Made by a program: the position numbers and the translations under genes. DNA of 64,000 bases from Thermoanaerobaculia bacterium (lineage in GTDB: Bacteria; Acidobacteriota; Thermoanaerobaculia; Multivoradales; Multivoraceae). The DNA lies in NCBI GenBank assembly GCA_035546295.1, contig DATKBT010000125.1, positions 333,056 to 397,055 of the forward strand, written 5' to 3'. Shown piece after piece: positions 1-9,920 of the stretch (position 1 is its first letter; each line of letters opens with the position of its first letter). The notes under the pieces are model-generated. The model was not told the origin of the DNA. It did not search any database and worked only from the letters and a program-made list of their open reading frames with translations.

Positions 1-116
1 GACCTCCGAGAAATCGCTGCCGGCCGGACGATCGGGCGCGGAGCAGCCCAGGAGGATCCCGGGGATCGCGATGGTGACGGCGGGACCGAAACCGACCCAG
101 CTCCTGGGAACGACGC

Positions 117-1637
117 TCACCCGACCGCCTCGGACATCTGCTCGAACAGCTCGTGGACATGACGCAGGAAGGCGTCGGCCTGGAGCGGCCGGCCGGTGGC
201 GCGCACGATCACCTCGGCCGGCGAGACGGTGGCGGCGAGGCGATGGACACGTTCGCCGAGCCATCCGAGCAGGGGCGCGAACTCGCCGCCCGCAAACCCT
301 GCGTCGAGGTCGCCCAGCTCGGCGCACGCCGCCTCGAAAAGCTGAGAGGCCGCGAGGTTCCCCAGGGTGTAGGTCGGGAAGTACCCGAACAGGCCGATCG
401 CCCAGTGGATGTCCTGGAGCACGCCGTGGTTGGCGTCGGCCGGAGTGACACCGAGGAGGTCGGCGTAGACGGCATGCCAGGCGTCGATCAGCTCGCCGAC
501 CTCGAGATCGCCCGAGAGCAGGCTGCGCTCGAGACGGTAGCGCGCGAGGATGTGCAGGTCGTAGGTCACCTGATCGGCGTCGACCCGGATGGCCCCGCGG
601 GCCATCTCGTGCACGTGCGCCCAGAGCTGCTCGGCCGTCGAGAAGGGCACCGGAAGGTGCTCGGGAAGCCAGGCCCACAGCCAGCGGCAGAAGCCCGGGC
701 TCCGGCCGACCAGGTTCTCCCAGAGGCGCGATTGCGACTCGTGCAGGCCGAGCGAGGCGGCGCCGCCGGCCGGTGACTCGAACAGGTCGGGAGGCAGGCC
801 CTGCTCGTAGAGCGCATGGCCGGCCTCGTGCAGGAAGCCGTAGAGACCTGGACGCAGGTCGTGGACGTCCGCGCGCCACGTGAACCGGACGTCGTCGGGG
901 CCGATCGTGATGCAGAAGGGGTGCGCGGAGGCGTCGATGCGGCCGCGGGCGGGGTCGAAGCCGAGGGCGGCGACGACCCGCAGACCCACCTCCCTCTGCC
1001 GCTCGAGGGGGTAGGCGGGGGCGCCGCCAGCGACCGCGGCGGCGGGCGCGACGGGGAGCGCTCGCGCTCGCGGGCTCAGCTCGCTCTCCAGGTGCGAGAA
1101 CAGCCGATCGAGGTCGGCCGCGCGCGTTTCGGGCTCGTACTCGTCGAGCAGGGCGTCGTAGAGATCGCCGGAGGCCGCGCCGATCGCGGCCGCCTGCTCG
1201 CGCTTGAGCCGGATCATGCGCTCGAGGGCCGGCTGGAAGCGGTCGAAGCTGTTCTCGGCGCGCGCCTGCTGCCAGGAGGCCGCGCCGACCGCACCGGCCG
1301 CGGCGAGCTCGCCGGCGAGCCGCCTCGGGATCGCCAGCGCCCGCCCGCTCCGGCGCCGTGCCTCGAGCGCGACCGCCGACTCGAGTGGCGTGCCTTCGGC
1401 CTGGAGCGCCTTCTCGATCGCCCGCTGGAGCTGGTCCGAGGTCAGCCGGTCGTGGAGCAGGGTCGCCACGGTCGAGAGCTGCTGCGATCGGCCGATCGCG
1501 GCCGACGCGGGCATCCCGGTCTCCTGGTCCCACGAGAGGAGCGCTTCGATCGACTCGAGACGGCGGATCTCGGCCCACCACTCGTGCAGCTCCTCGATCG
1601 CCGGGCTGAGCGGCCGGGAGCGCGTCTCGTCGGGCAT
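117..1637 (-). CDS. M32 family carboxypeptidase (carboxypeptidase Taq-like)
   Basis: Track ORF 117..1796(-). It has the HEAGH zinc motif (LHEAGHALYEQG) and M32-like blocks. Start trimmed to the internal ATG (MPDETRSR...), giving about 506 aa, typical for the family. Confidence 0.8.
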   Translation of the reverse strand: MPDETRSRPLSPAIEELHEWWAEIRRLESIEALLSWDQETGMPASAAIGRSQQLSTVATLLHDRLTSDQLQRAIEKALQAEGTPLESAVALEARRRSGRALAIPRRLAGELAAAGAVGAASWQQARAENSFDRFQPALERMIRLKREQAAAIGAASGDLYDALLDEYEPETRAADLDRLFSHLESELSPRARALPVAPAAAVAGGAPAYPLERQREVGLRVVAALGFDPARGRIDASAHPFCITIGPDDVRFTWRADVHDLRPGLYGFLHEAGHALYEQGLPPDLFESPAGGAASLGLHESQSRLWENLVGRSPGFCRWLWAWLPEHLPVPFSTAEQLWAHVHEMARGAIRVDADQVTYDLHILARYRLERSLLSGDLEVGELIDAWHAVYADLLGVTPADANHGVLQDIHWAIGLFGYFPTYTLGNLAASQLFEAACAELGDLDAGFAGGEFAPLLGWLGERVHRLAATVSPAEVIVRATGRPLQADAFLRHVHELFEQMSEAVG

Positions 1638-1938
1638 GAGCGCGACCCTAGCAGCCGCGGTCGCGCTCCCGCGGGCTGGGTTTCGAGCGCGATGGGCCCA
1701 GGATGCAGGGCGCATCTCGCGATGCGCCCACGCCGCCGAAACCCACCGGAGACGCCGTTTCTGTAGACTCGGCACCGTCGGCGACTTTCCTCTCAAGTGG
1801 TTGGAGTGGATAGACTTCGCTCGACCTGACGATCATGCCCAAGCTCTTGTCAGCAGGGGGCTCCCCGTGCGCCCCGCACCGTTCGTGTGCGACGACTCGT
1901 CGCATTGCTGATCCGCCCGAGGCGTGGGGGGGTGGGGC

Positions 1939-4158
1939 ATGAGCAGCCTCTGGTCCAGATTCGTTCGCGACTACCAGTCCGCCGGCGACGAGTACTATCG
2001 TGAGGGGAAGCTGAATCGGGCCGCCGAGATGTACGCGCGCGCCGGCAACTGGCTGGAGGCGGCGAAGGCGTCGTGCCGGGCCGAACAGCTCGATCGCGCG
2101 CTCGAGTATCTGGACAAGGGAGAGGATCACGAGGCCGCGGGCGATCTCCTCGCTGCGCAAGGCGCGGAGCGCGAGGCGGTGCGCTACTACGAGCGCGCGG
2201 GCGCGTTCTGGAAGGCGGGCGAGGTCGCGCTGCGCACCAAGCAGCCGCTGCGGGCGGCGGCGCTGTTCGAGAGGAGCGGGGGGTTCTCGCGGGCCGCCGA
2301 GTGCTACGAGCAGAGCGGCGATCTCGATTCGGCGATCCGCGCGTGGGCTGGCGAGTCGGACAAGCTGGAGAAGGCGGGAGAGGTCACGGACGCGCGACGG
2401 ATCGACGGCCACCGAGCGCTGCTGCTGGCCCGGGTCGGGCGGCCGGCCGAGGCTGCGCAGCTCTGCGAGCAGCTGAACCAGCGGGCGCAGGCCGCCGAGA
2501 TGTGGGTGCGGGCGGGCAAGCTCGAGGTGGCGATCGAGCGTTTCCTCGAGGCCGGGGAGGCGCGGCGGGCGGCGGCGTTGCTCGATCGCGTGCCCTCGCT
2601 CGAGCCCGCGCTGAGGGCGCGGGTGCTGTCGGAGTCGGCGCGTCATCGCGAGGCTGCCGAGATCTACCTGGAGCTCGGCCTCCTCGACGACGCCGCCGAA
2701 GCCCTGGAGGCGGCGGGAGACTGGCTGCAATCGGCAGAGCTGAGACGGCGCAACGGCGATCTATCGCCCGCGGCCGACCTCTACTTCCGCGCCGGCGCCT
2801 ACGCGACCGCCGCCGAGTGCTTCGCCGAGATCGGGGTGCTCGATCGTGCCGGCGAGGCCTACGCCCGCTCAGGCCGGCCCGATCGCGCGGCGAGCTGCTA
2901 TCTCGCCGTCGGCCGGGCGCTCGACGCCGCCCACATGTTCCTGGCGGCCGAGGACCAGGACTCGGCAGCGAGCGCGCTGCGCGCCATCGAGGCGGACGAC
3001 CCCGACTACCGGACCGCGACGCTGATGCTGGCGCCGCTCCTGATCCGGGCCGGCGAGGGGGGAGCCGCGCTCGACCGGCTCGACCTGGTGCCCGGCGACG
3101 AGGCCACCGACGAGGAGGTCCTCGACATCAGCTACTGGCGTGCCCGCGCGCTCGAGCTCCTCGGAGAGCTCGAGGCGGCCTGCAGCGAGCTCGACACCGT
3201 GGTCCGACGAGCGCGCGATCATCGCGACGCGGCGAAGCGGGTCCTCAAGATCCGGACGATGCTCGGCCACCGCCGCGAGGGCGCCCGGCGATCGGTGGCG
3301 GGAGCGCTCGAGCCGGGATACCTGCTCCAGGGGCGCTACGAGATCCAGGACGAGATTGGCCGGGGCGGCATGAGCCGGGTCTACCGCGCACTCGATACCC
3401 AGCTCGGCGAGCGCCTCGCGGTCAAGGTGCTCTACCCGACGGCGATCGACGCCGAGAAGGCCGAAGGCCGGATGGTCAACGAGGTCCAGCTCTGCCGTCG
3501 GATCACCCATCCCAACGTCGTCCGCATCTACGACTTCGGTCGCTTCGAGTGCGGCCTGTTCGTGACCATGGAGCTGCTCGACGGGATGACCCTCGCCGAT
3601 CTGCTCGCGGTCGAGGGGCGGCTGCCGATCAAGCAAGTCCATCCGCTGCTGGAGGAGGTGCTCGAGGGGCTCGCGGCCGCCCATCGGCACCGGGTGGTCC
3701 ACCGCGATCTCAAGCCGGCCAACATCGCAGTGACGCCGTCGTGCGCGAAGATCATGGACTTCGGCATCGCGTGCCTCGAGGACGGCGACAGCTCGCTGAC
3801 CCGGACCGGCCAGGTGGTCGGCTCTCCGATGTACATGTCACCGGAGCAGATCCAGGGCTTCGATCTCGACGGCCGCTCGGACCTCTACTCCTTCGGCGTG
3901 CTGGCCTTCACCCTGCTCGCCGGACACGAGCCGTTCCGGGCGTCGACGCCCACGGCGGTCTCGCTCAAGCACCTGCAGGAGCCTCCTCCCGATTTGCGGG
4001 TGATCCGGCCGGACCTGGACGAGGGCTGGCACCGGTTCGTGACCAGGCTGCTCGAGAAGGACCGCAGCTTCCGCTTCGACACGGCCGAGGAGGTGCTCGC
4101 GGAGTTGCGGACGCTGCCGGTCGGGGTGCGCGGCGCTGCCCCGCGTTCGGGGGTTTGA
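1939..4158 (+). CDS. Ser/Thr protein kinase with a long N-terminal degenerate helical-repeat domain
   Basis: The C-terminal Hanks kinase motifs are present: GRGGMSRVY, AVKVL, HRDLKPANI, DFGIA, SPEQ. The N-terminal ~470 aa are ~20-aa A/G/R-rich repeats (xYxRAGxxxxAAExY). A GGGGTGGGG run precedes the ATG. Confidence 0.85.
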   Translation: MSSLWSRFVRDYQSAGDEYYREGKLNRAAEMYARAGNWLEAAKASCRAEQLDRALEYLDKGEDHEAAGDLLAAQGAEREAVRYYERAGAFWKAGEVALRTKQPLRAAALFERSGGFSRAAECYEQSGDLDSAIRAWAGESDKLEKAGEVTDARRIDGHRALLLARVGRPAEAAQLCEQLNQRAQAAEMWVRAGKLEVAIERFLEAGEARRAAALLDRVPSLEPALRARVLSESARHREAAEIYLELGLLDDAAEALEAAGDWLQSAELRRRNGDLSPAADLYFRAGAYATAAECFAEIGVLDRAGEAYARSGRPDRAASCYLAVGRALDAAHMFLAAEDQDSAASALRAIEADDPDYRTATLMLAPLLIRAGEGGAALDRLDLVPGDEATDEEVLDISYWRARALELLGELEAACSELDTVVRRARDHRDAAKRVLKIRTMLGHRREGARRSVAGALEPGYLLQGRYEIQDEIGRGGMSRVYRALDTQLGERLAVKVLYPTAIDAEKAEGRMVNEVQLCRRITHPNVVRIYDFGRFECGLFVTMELLDGMTLADLLAVEGRLPIKQVHPLLEEVLEGLAAAHRHRVVHRDLKPANIAVTPSCAKIMDFGIACLEDGDSSLTRTGQVVGSPMYMSPEQIQGFDLDGRSDLYSFGVLAFTLLAGHEPFRASTPTAVSLKHLQEPPPDLRVIRPDLDEGWHRFVTRLLEKDRSFRFDTAEEVLAELRTLPVGVRGAAPRSGV

Positions 4159-4241
4159 GCGACCGGCGCCGTCGCCGGCAACGGGCTGGTATGGTCGCCC
4201 GGTGTTCCGCGCTCGGGCCCAGTGGATCGAGGAAACCGTCG

Positions 4242-5246
4242 ATGTCGAAGAAGGTTCGCGTGCTCTCGGGCATCCAGCCCACCGGCAACCTCCACCTCGG
4301 GAACTACCTGGGCGCCATCCGGCACTGGGTCGAGGGGCAGGACGAGCGTGAAAACTTCATCTGTGTCGTCGACCTCCACGCGATCACCGTGCCCCAGGAA
4401 CCCGCTTCGCTGCGAGCGCACACGCGGGCTCTGACCGCGCTGCTGTTCGCGGCCGGCATCGATCCCGAGCGCACCTGCCTCTTCGTCCAGAGCCACGTTC
4501 GCGCACACTGCGAGGCCGCCTGGATCCTCAGCTGCGTGACTCCGCTCGGCTGGCTCGAGCGGATGACCCAGTACAAGACCAAGGCCGGCCGCCAGGAGAG
4601 CGTGAGCACCGGCCTGCTGACCTATCCCGTGCTGCAAGCAGCCGACATCCTCCTCTACGACGCCGATCGGGTTCCCGTCGGCCACGATCAGAAGCAGCAC
4701 GTCGAGCTGGCGCGCGATGTCGCCCAGCGCTTCAACCACCTCTACGGCGAGACCTTCGTCGTTCCCGAGCCGGCGATCCCGGAGGTCGGCGCGCGCATCA
4801 TGGGGCTCGACGATCCGACCGCCAAGATGAGCAAGAGCGATGCCTCGGTGCGGGGGCACGCCGTGCTGCTCAGCGACAGCGACGACGACATCCGGCGCGC
4901 CATCAAGCGGGCCGTCACCGACTCCGGGCGCGAGATCCAGTTCAGCGACGAGCCCGAGCGCGCCGGCGTCAACAACCTCCTGACCATCTACCAGTCGATC
5001 ACGGGCACGGACCGCGCCCAGGTCGAGGCGGACTTCGCCGACGCCCGCGGCTACGGCGATCTCAAGGACCGGGTCGCCGACGTCGTCGTCGAACGGATCG
5101 CGCCGATCCGCGATCGCTACCTCGAGCTGGAGGCCGACCCGGAGGCGCTCGACGCGCTGCTGGCGCGCGGCGCCGATCGCGCGCGATCGGTCGCCGAGGC
5201 CAAGATCCGAGAAGTCAAGGAGCGGGTGGGCTTCCTGCTGTGCTGA
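4242..5246 (+). CDS. trpS: tryptophan--tRNA ligase
   Basis: MSKKVRVLSGIQPTGNLHLGNYLGA and KMSKSD class I motifs; 334 aa; in frame with the tail of track ORF 2073..5246. Confidence 0.95.
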   Translation: MSKKVRVLSGIQPTGNLHLGNYLGAIRHWVEGQDERENFICVVDLHAITVPQEPASLRAHTRALTALLFAAGIDPERTCLFVQSHVRAHCEAAWILSCVTPLGWLERMTQYKTKAGRQESVSTGLLTYPVLQAADILLYDADRVPVGHDQKQHVELARDVAQRFNHLYGETFVVPEPAIPEVGARIMGLDDPTAKMSKSDASVRGHAVLLSDSDDDIRRAIKRAVTDSGREIQFSDEPERAGVNNLLTIYQSITGTDRAQVEADFADARGYGDLKDRVADVVVERIAPIRDRYLELEADPEALDALLARGADRARSVAEAKIREVKERVGFLLC

Positions 5247-6619
5247 GCACCGTCGGCCAGCGGCGATGGAGCGCGACGCTGGTCGTCCCGGCGGCTCTCG
5301 CCGTGCTGGTGGCCGTGCTGTCCGCCTTCTCCTGCCGTCCGGCCGGCGACCGCGGGGGCTCGGACCTGGAGCCCGCGCCGGGCGGGCCGATCCTGATGAT
5401 CACCCTCGAGGGGCTGCGCGCCGACGTGGTCGGAGCCCTCGGCGGGCTTCCCGGGCTCACCCCCGCCGTCGACGCGCTGGCAGCCGAAGCCGACTGGTTC
5501 GGTTCGGCGGTGTCCGCGTCGAGCGCGAGCGCGCCCGCCATGGTCAGCCTGCTCACCGGTCTGCGCCCCCACGATCATCGGGCCTGGAACGCGGCGGCGC
5601 CGCTGCGGGCCCAGATCGAGACCCTGCCCGAGGCACTGCGCGCCCGCGGGTACGCGACTCGCGCCTATCTGTCGAGCGAGTGGCTGCGGGCGTCCCCGAG
5701 CTTCTTGCAGGGCTTCGACGAGGTGCAGCCCCTCGCCATCGTCCGCGCGGCCGAACGCGACCTGCGAGCTGCGGCCGGAGCGCCGGCGCTGGTCCTCGTC
5801 GAGATCGCGGCGCCCGCTCCTCCGTACCGTCTGTACCCGGCGCTGCTGCCGCGCCTGGAGGCGCTCGGCGACCGGGTGGCCCGTGACGACTTGCCGGAGC
5901 GCTTGGGACTGGGAGAGGTCCGGGAGCTCGCTCGCAGCGCTCAGGAGCTGGGGACGGACGAGCTCGGCACCTGGTGGGCGATGTACTGCCTCAACGTCGC
6001 CCGTGCCGACCAGCGGGTCGGCCAGCTCCTGGATGCCCTGCGTGAGAGCGGCGCCTGGGACCGCTCGACCGTGGTGGTGACGTCGCTGCGGGGCGAGCCG
6101 CTCGGTGACGACATCGGCGACGGCCTGCGCCGCCGGCTCATCGAGGTGCCCCTGATCGTCAAGCTGCCGGCGGGAGCCGGCGCGCTGGGTTCGCTTCCGG
6201 CGCCCGGCTCCCTGCTCGAGACCACCTCCTTGTGGGCGACCCTGGTCGAGCTCGCGGGCGGCTCGCGGCCTCCCGGCGTGACGCCGGGATGGTTCGAGGG
6301 TCCTGGCGGTCTGCGCGGAGCGGGGGCCTGGTCGGAGCGCCGGACACCGGCCGGGCGCCTGCAGGTCTCGTGGATCTCGGGCGACGAGCAGGTGCTCCTC
6401 GAGCTCGATCGCTCGCAGAGGAGGGTCGTCGGCGAGGTGTGGAGGTGGCTGCCGGACGGAGGAGAGCGGCTCTCCGACCGTGCGAGCGCGAACGAGGCTC
6501 TCCAGGCCGAGACGCTGCGCCGTTGGCGCCTCCTGGCGCAGAGCGCGGGGCAGTCTCCGATCGAGTCGCTCGAACGCGCCCCGCGACCCCGGGCCTCGAG
6601 CCGCGGTCAGGACAGCTAA
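5240..6619 (+). CDS. alkaline-phosphatase superfamily (sulfatase-like) protein with an N-terminal signal/TM segment
   Basis: GVS start overlaps the trpS stop. It has an N-terminal hydrophobic segment, then ITLEGLRADV...SASAPAMVSLLTGLRPHDH, resembling the sulfatase/phosphotransferase metal-site region. The canonical C/SxPxR signature is missing. Confidence 0.55.
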   Translation: MLSTVGQRRWSATLVVPAALAVLVAVLSAFSCRPAGDRGGSDLEPAPGGPILMITLEGLRADVVGALGGLPGLTPAVDALAAEADWFGSAVSASSASAPAMVSLLTGLRPHDHRAWNAAAPLRAQIETLPEALRARGYATRAYLSSEWLRASPSFLQGFDEVQPLAIVRAAERDLRAAAGAPALVLVEIAAPAPPYRLYPALLPRLEALGDRVARDDLPERLGLGEVRELARSAQELGTDELGTWWAMYCLNVARADQRVGQLLDALRESGAWDRSTVVVTSLRGEPLGDDIGDGLRRRLIEVPLIVKLPAGAGALGSLPAPGSLLETTSLWATLVELAGGSRPPGVTPGWFEGPGGLRGAGAWSERRTPAGRLQVSWISGDEQVLLELDRSQRRVVGEVWRWLPDGGERLSDRASANEALQAETLRRWRLLAQSAGQSPIESLERAPRPRASSRGQDS

Positions 6620-6641
6620 GCCTCTTGCGGTCGGACCCGCT

Positions 6642-7088
6642 CTAGTTCCCTCGCGCCCGGTGCTTGGCGCCGATGAACTGGCCGTGGGGGACGTGCAGGA
6701 GGGCCGCCACCTTGCGCACCAGGTGCTCCTCCTGGGGGTGGATCGCGCCATCGGAGTAGGCGACCTGCCAGAGGAGCTCGACCACCTCGACCTTCTGCTC
6801 GAGCTCGAGCTCGCGGTGCAAGACCTCGGTGAAGTCGTAGAGCGAGACCGCTTCGGCGGCCTCGCGCCGGCCGTCCTCGATCAGCTCCGCCGCCTCCTCG
6901 GCCTCGAGGTCGAGGAAGCGTCGGACCCCTTCGCGCAGCTCGTCCTGCTCGGCGGGATGCTGGGAGAAGTCGGCGGCCGCCATCCTCTGCAGCAGTGCGG
7001 CGACGGCGACGCGCACCTGGCGGTGGGGATCGTCCTCGGCGGATGCGCTCTCGGCGTCGGCGAGCAGCTCACGCACGAATCGCAGCAA
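6642..7088 (-). CDS. TerB-family (tellurite-resistance TerB-like) protein
   Basis: 148 aa. LWQVAYSDGAIHPQEEHLVRKVAALLHV is typical of the TerB domain. Confidence 0.7.
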   Translation of the reverse strand: MLRFVRELLADAESASAEDDPHRQVRVAVAALLQRMAAADFSQHPAEQDELREGVRRFLDLEAEEAAELIEDGRREAAEAVSLYDFTEVLHRELELEQKVEVVELLWQVAYSDGAIHPQEEHLVRKVAALLHVPHGQFIGAKHRARGN

Positions 7089-7110
7089 CGCCAGACTCCG
7101 GATCGCTAAG

Positions 7111-7617
7111 CTAGAGGAAGTGCAGGGTGTCGTCGACCCTGGGTTTGCGCGACCGCCTCAGCGCGGTGCGCTTCATCTGGAAGAGCTCGTCGAGGGAGTC
7201 ATCGCCCGCGTCCTCGAGCTCTTGCTCGATGGTCTCGGGATCCTCCCCGGCCTCCATCCTGCGGATCGCGTCCTCCATCTTCGCCCCGAGCTCCAGCCCG
7301 GTCATCTCTCCGAACTTGCGGAAGAAGTGGCCGAGCGCCCGCGGGTCCTCGGTGTCGCCCATTCGCTCCATCTCGCTAGCCAGGCTGTCCATCGCGCCCT
7401 CGAGCCGGTTCTCGTCGATTCCGGCGAAGGGATCGTCCTCGTCGCCCGCGTCGTCGTCGCCGCCGCCGGGCTTGACCATGGCGAACGTCGAGGGGCGACG
7501 ATCGAGCTGCGGCCGGCCGCACTCGGGGCAGTCGGGCTTGCGGCGCACCTTGGAAGAGTCCGCGAAGAAGGAGTAGAGGGTGTGACAGTCCGGGCAATAG
7601 AACTCGTAGATCGGCAT
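7111..7617 (-). CDS. FmdB-family zinc-ribbon protein with an acidic C-terminal tail
   Basis: MPIYEFYCPDCHTLYS...CPECG is a CxxC...CxxC zinc ribbon. Start trimmed to the ATG at MPIYEF. Confidence 0.75.
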   Translation of the reverse strand: MPIYEFYCPDCHTLYSFFADSSKVRRKPDCPECGRPQLDRRPSTFAMVKPGGGDDDAGDEDDPFAGIDENRLEGAMDSLASEMERMGDTEDPRALGHFFRKFGEMTGLELGAKMEDAIRRMEAGEDPETIEQELEDAGDDSLDELFQMKRTALRRSRKPRVDDTLHFL

Positions 7618-7689
7618 GGCGTCGTTCCTTCGAACCGGGAGACATTCTAACGGGGTCGGACCGCGGCGCATTGCTATCCTGCGCGCCGG

Positions 7690-8466
7690 ATGAACACCAG
7701 CCTGTTCTCTCCTCCCCGGGTGCGCCAGCGGGCATCCGCGAGCGTCGTCGAGGTCCGCCGGGAGCGCGTCTTCCTGGTGCTCGCCGGGCTGTTCCTCGGC
7801 TCGATGACGATGCTCAACATCTTCGGGGTGACGCGCTTCCTGGATCTCAGCTTCGAGGCCTTCGGCCGGACGATCCCGATGCCGCTCGCGGTGGGGGTCC
7901 TACCGTACCCGTTGACTTTTCTGTGCACCGACTTCATCTCTGAGCTCTACGGCAAGGCACGCGCCAACCTGCTGGTGTGGGTCGGGCTGCTGGTCAACGT
8001 CTGGCTGGCCGTGATCCTGTGGCTGGGCGGCGCGCTGCCGGGCTTCGACCAGCCGGTCGCGGGTCCGGACGGCAGGCTCCCCCTGTTCTTCGAGATCCGG
8101 ATGCTCACGCTCGGTAGCGTGACGGCCTCGATGCTGGCCTACCTGGCGGCGCAGCTCTGCGACGTCCACCTGTTCCACTTCTGGCGGCGTCTCACCAAGG
8201 GTCGCCACCTGTGGCTTCGCAACAACGGCTCGACCCTGGTCAGCCAGCTCGTCGACACCTTCGCCGTGATCACCATCACGCACTTCTGGGCGGGGGCGAT
8301 TCCGGTCGATCGCGAGCTCGCGATCTGGCCGCAGTTGTGGGTGTTCATCGGCACCGGCTACGTGTTCAAGGTGGCGGCGGCGCTCGTCGACACGATTCCC
8401 TTCTACCTCGGCACCGCCTGGCTCAGCCGCTACCTCGCGATCGATCCGAACGCGGAGCACCCCTGA
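7690..8466 (+). CDS. queuosine-precursor transporter (YhhQ/DUF165 family)
   Basis: Multi-TM protein with the PYPLTFLCTDFISELYG signature of the YhhQ family. Confidence 0.85.
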   Translation: MNTSLFSPPRVRQRASASVVEVRRERVFLVLAGLFLGSMTMLNIFGVTRFLDLSFEAFGRTIPMPLAVGVLPYPLTFLCTDFISELYGKARANLLVWVGLLVNVWLAVILWLGGALPGFDQPVAGPDGRLPLFFEIRMLTLGSVTASMLAYLAAQLCDVHLFHFWRRLTKGRHLWLRNNGSTLVSQLVDTFAVITITHFWAGAIPVDRELAIWPQLWVFIGTGYVFKVAAALVDTIPFYLGTAWLSRYLAIDPNAEHP

Positions 8467-8550
8467 CCACGGTGCTCGCGCTGATGGGAGGCTGTTAGGA
8501 TCGACCGCCTCCGAGGTCAACAAATGATTGATCCCCAGGGACTTGTATCG

Positions 8551-9885
8551 ATGGAATGGACGCCGACGAGCTGGCGGCGGCGGGAGGCCCGGCAGCTTCC
8601 GCGATACCGCCGGGCCGACGAGGTCGAGCGCGTGATGCGGGAGCTGTCCAGCCTGCCGCCGCTGGTGACCTCCTGGGAGATCGAGACCCTGAAGGAGCAG
8701 CTCGCGCAGGCGGCCTGCGGCGAGCGCTTCATGCTGCAGGGGGGCGACTGCGCGGAGAGCTTCGAGGACTGCACTGCCGAGGTGATCACCAGCAAGCTCA
8801 AGATCCTGCTCCAGATGAGCCTGGTGCTGGTCCACACCGGCAAGAAGCGGGTGGTGCGGGTCGGCCGATTCGCCGGCCAGTACGCCAAGCCGCGCTCCTC
8901 CGACGCCGAGACCCGCGACGGCGTCACACTCCCCTCGTACCGTGGCGACCTGATCAACGCGCTGGCCTTCGACGAGACGTCGCGCGAGCCCGATCCCAGC
9001 CGGATGCTCCGCGGCTACAAGCGGGCGGCGCTGACCCTCAATTTCATTCGCGGCCTGATCGACGGCGGCTTCGCCGACCTCCACCATCCCGAATACTGGG
9101 ATCTCGGCTTCGTCGAGCACTCTCCCCACGCCGCCGAGTATCAGCAGATGGTCAATTCGATCGGCGACTCCCTGCGCTTCATGGAAGCGCTCGCCGGAAC
9201 CCACGTCGGCGAGATCGAGCGGGTCGACTTCTTCACCTCGCACGAAGGGCTCCACCTGCCCTACGAGCAGGCCCAGACGCGCAGGGTGCCGCGCCGCACC
9301 GGCTGGTACAACCTCTCGACGCACTTCCCCTGGATCGGCATGCGGACCGCCGAGTTGGACGGCGCCCACGTCGAGTTCTTCCGTGGGGTGCGCAACCCGA
9401 TCGGCGTCAAGATCGGGACGTCGATGACGGCCGACTGGCTGAACGGCCTGCTCGACACCCTGCATCCCGACGACGAGCCCGGACGCTTGACCCTGATCCA
9501 CCGATTCGGCGCCCAGCAGATCGCCGAGCACCTCCCGGCGCTGATCGAGTGCGTGCGGGCCAGCGGCAAGACGGTCCTCTGGTGCTGCGACCCGATGCAC
9601 GGCAACACGCGCGATACCGGCGCCGGCAGGAAGACGAGGCGGTTCGAGGATATCCTCAGCGAGCTGCAGCAGGCATTCGAGATCCACGGGGCGCACGGAT
9701 CGGTGCTCGGCGGGGTCCACTTCGAGCTCACCGGGGAAGACGTGACCGAGTGCGTGGGCGGCGCGAGGGGTCTGAGCGAGATCGACCTCGATCGCGCCTA
9801 CCGCTCGCAGGTGGATCCTCGACTGAACTACGAGCAGGCGCTGGAGATGGCGATGCAGATGGCGAGACATCTCGCCGAGACCTGA
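8551..9885 (+). CDS. 3-deoxy-7-phosphoheptulonate (DAHP) synthase, class II
   Basis: MEWTPTSWRR..., LQGGDCAESF and KPRS blocks; about 445 aa, the class II AroA size. Start taken at the internal ATG to match the family's MxW N-terminus (the track starts 27 nt earlier). Confidence 0.88.
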   Translation: MEWTPTSWRRREARQLPRYRRADEVERVMRELSSLPPLVTSWEIETLKEQLAQAACGERFMLQGGDCAESFEDCTAEVITSKLKILLQMSLVLVHTGKKRVVRVGRFAGQYAKPRSSDAETRDGVTLPSYRGDLINALAFDETSREPDPSRMLRGYKRAALTLNFIRGLIDGGFADLHHPEYWDLGFVEHSPHAAEYQQMVNSIGDSLRFMEALAGTHVGEIERVDFFTSHEGLHLPYEQAQTRRVPRRTGWYNLSTHFPWIGMRTAELDGAHVEFFRGVRNPIGVKIGTSMTADWLNGLLDTLHPDDEPGRLTLIHRFGAQQIAEHLPALIECVRASGKTVLWCCDPMHGNTRDTGAGRKTRRFEDILSELQQAFEIHGAHGSVLGGVHFELTGEDVTECVGGARGLSEIDLDRAYRSQVDPRLNYEQALEMAMQMARHLAET

Positions 9886-9920
9886 GGACGACCGCTCTCG
9901 TCGAGTCGTCGAGCAAGCAC

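Noticed and set aside
2073-5246. 1057-aa ORF suggesting one giant protein
   Set aside because: Only the last 334 codons (TrpS) are coding. The upstream part is an alternative frame of the kinase gene.
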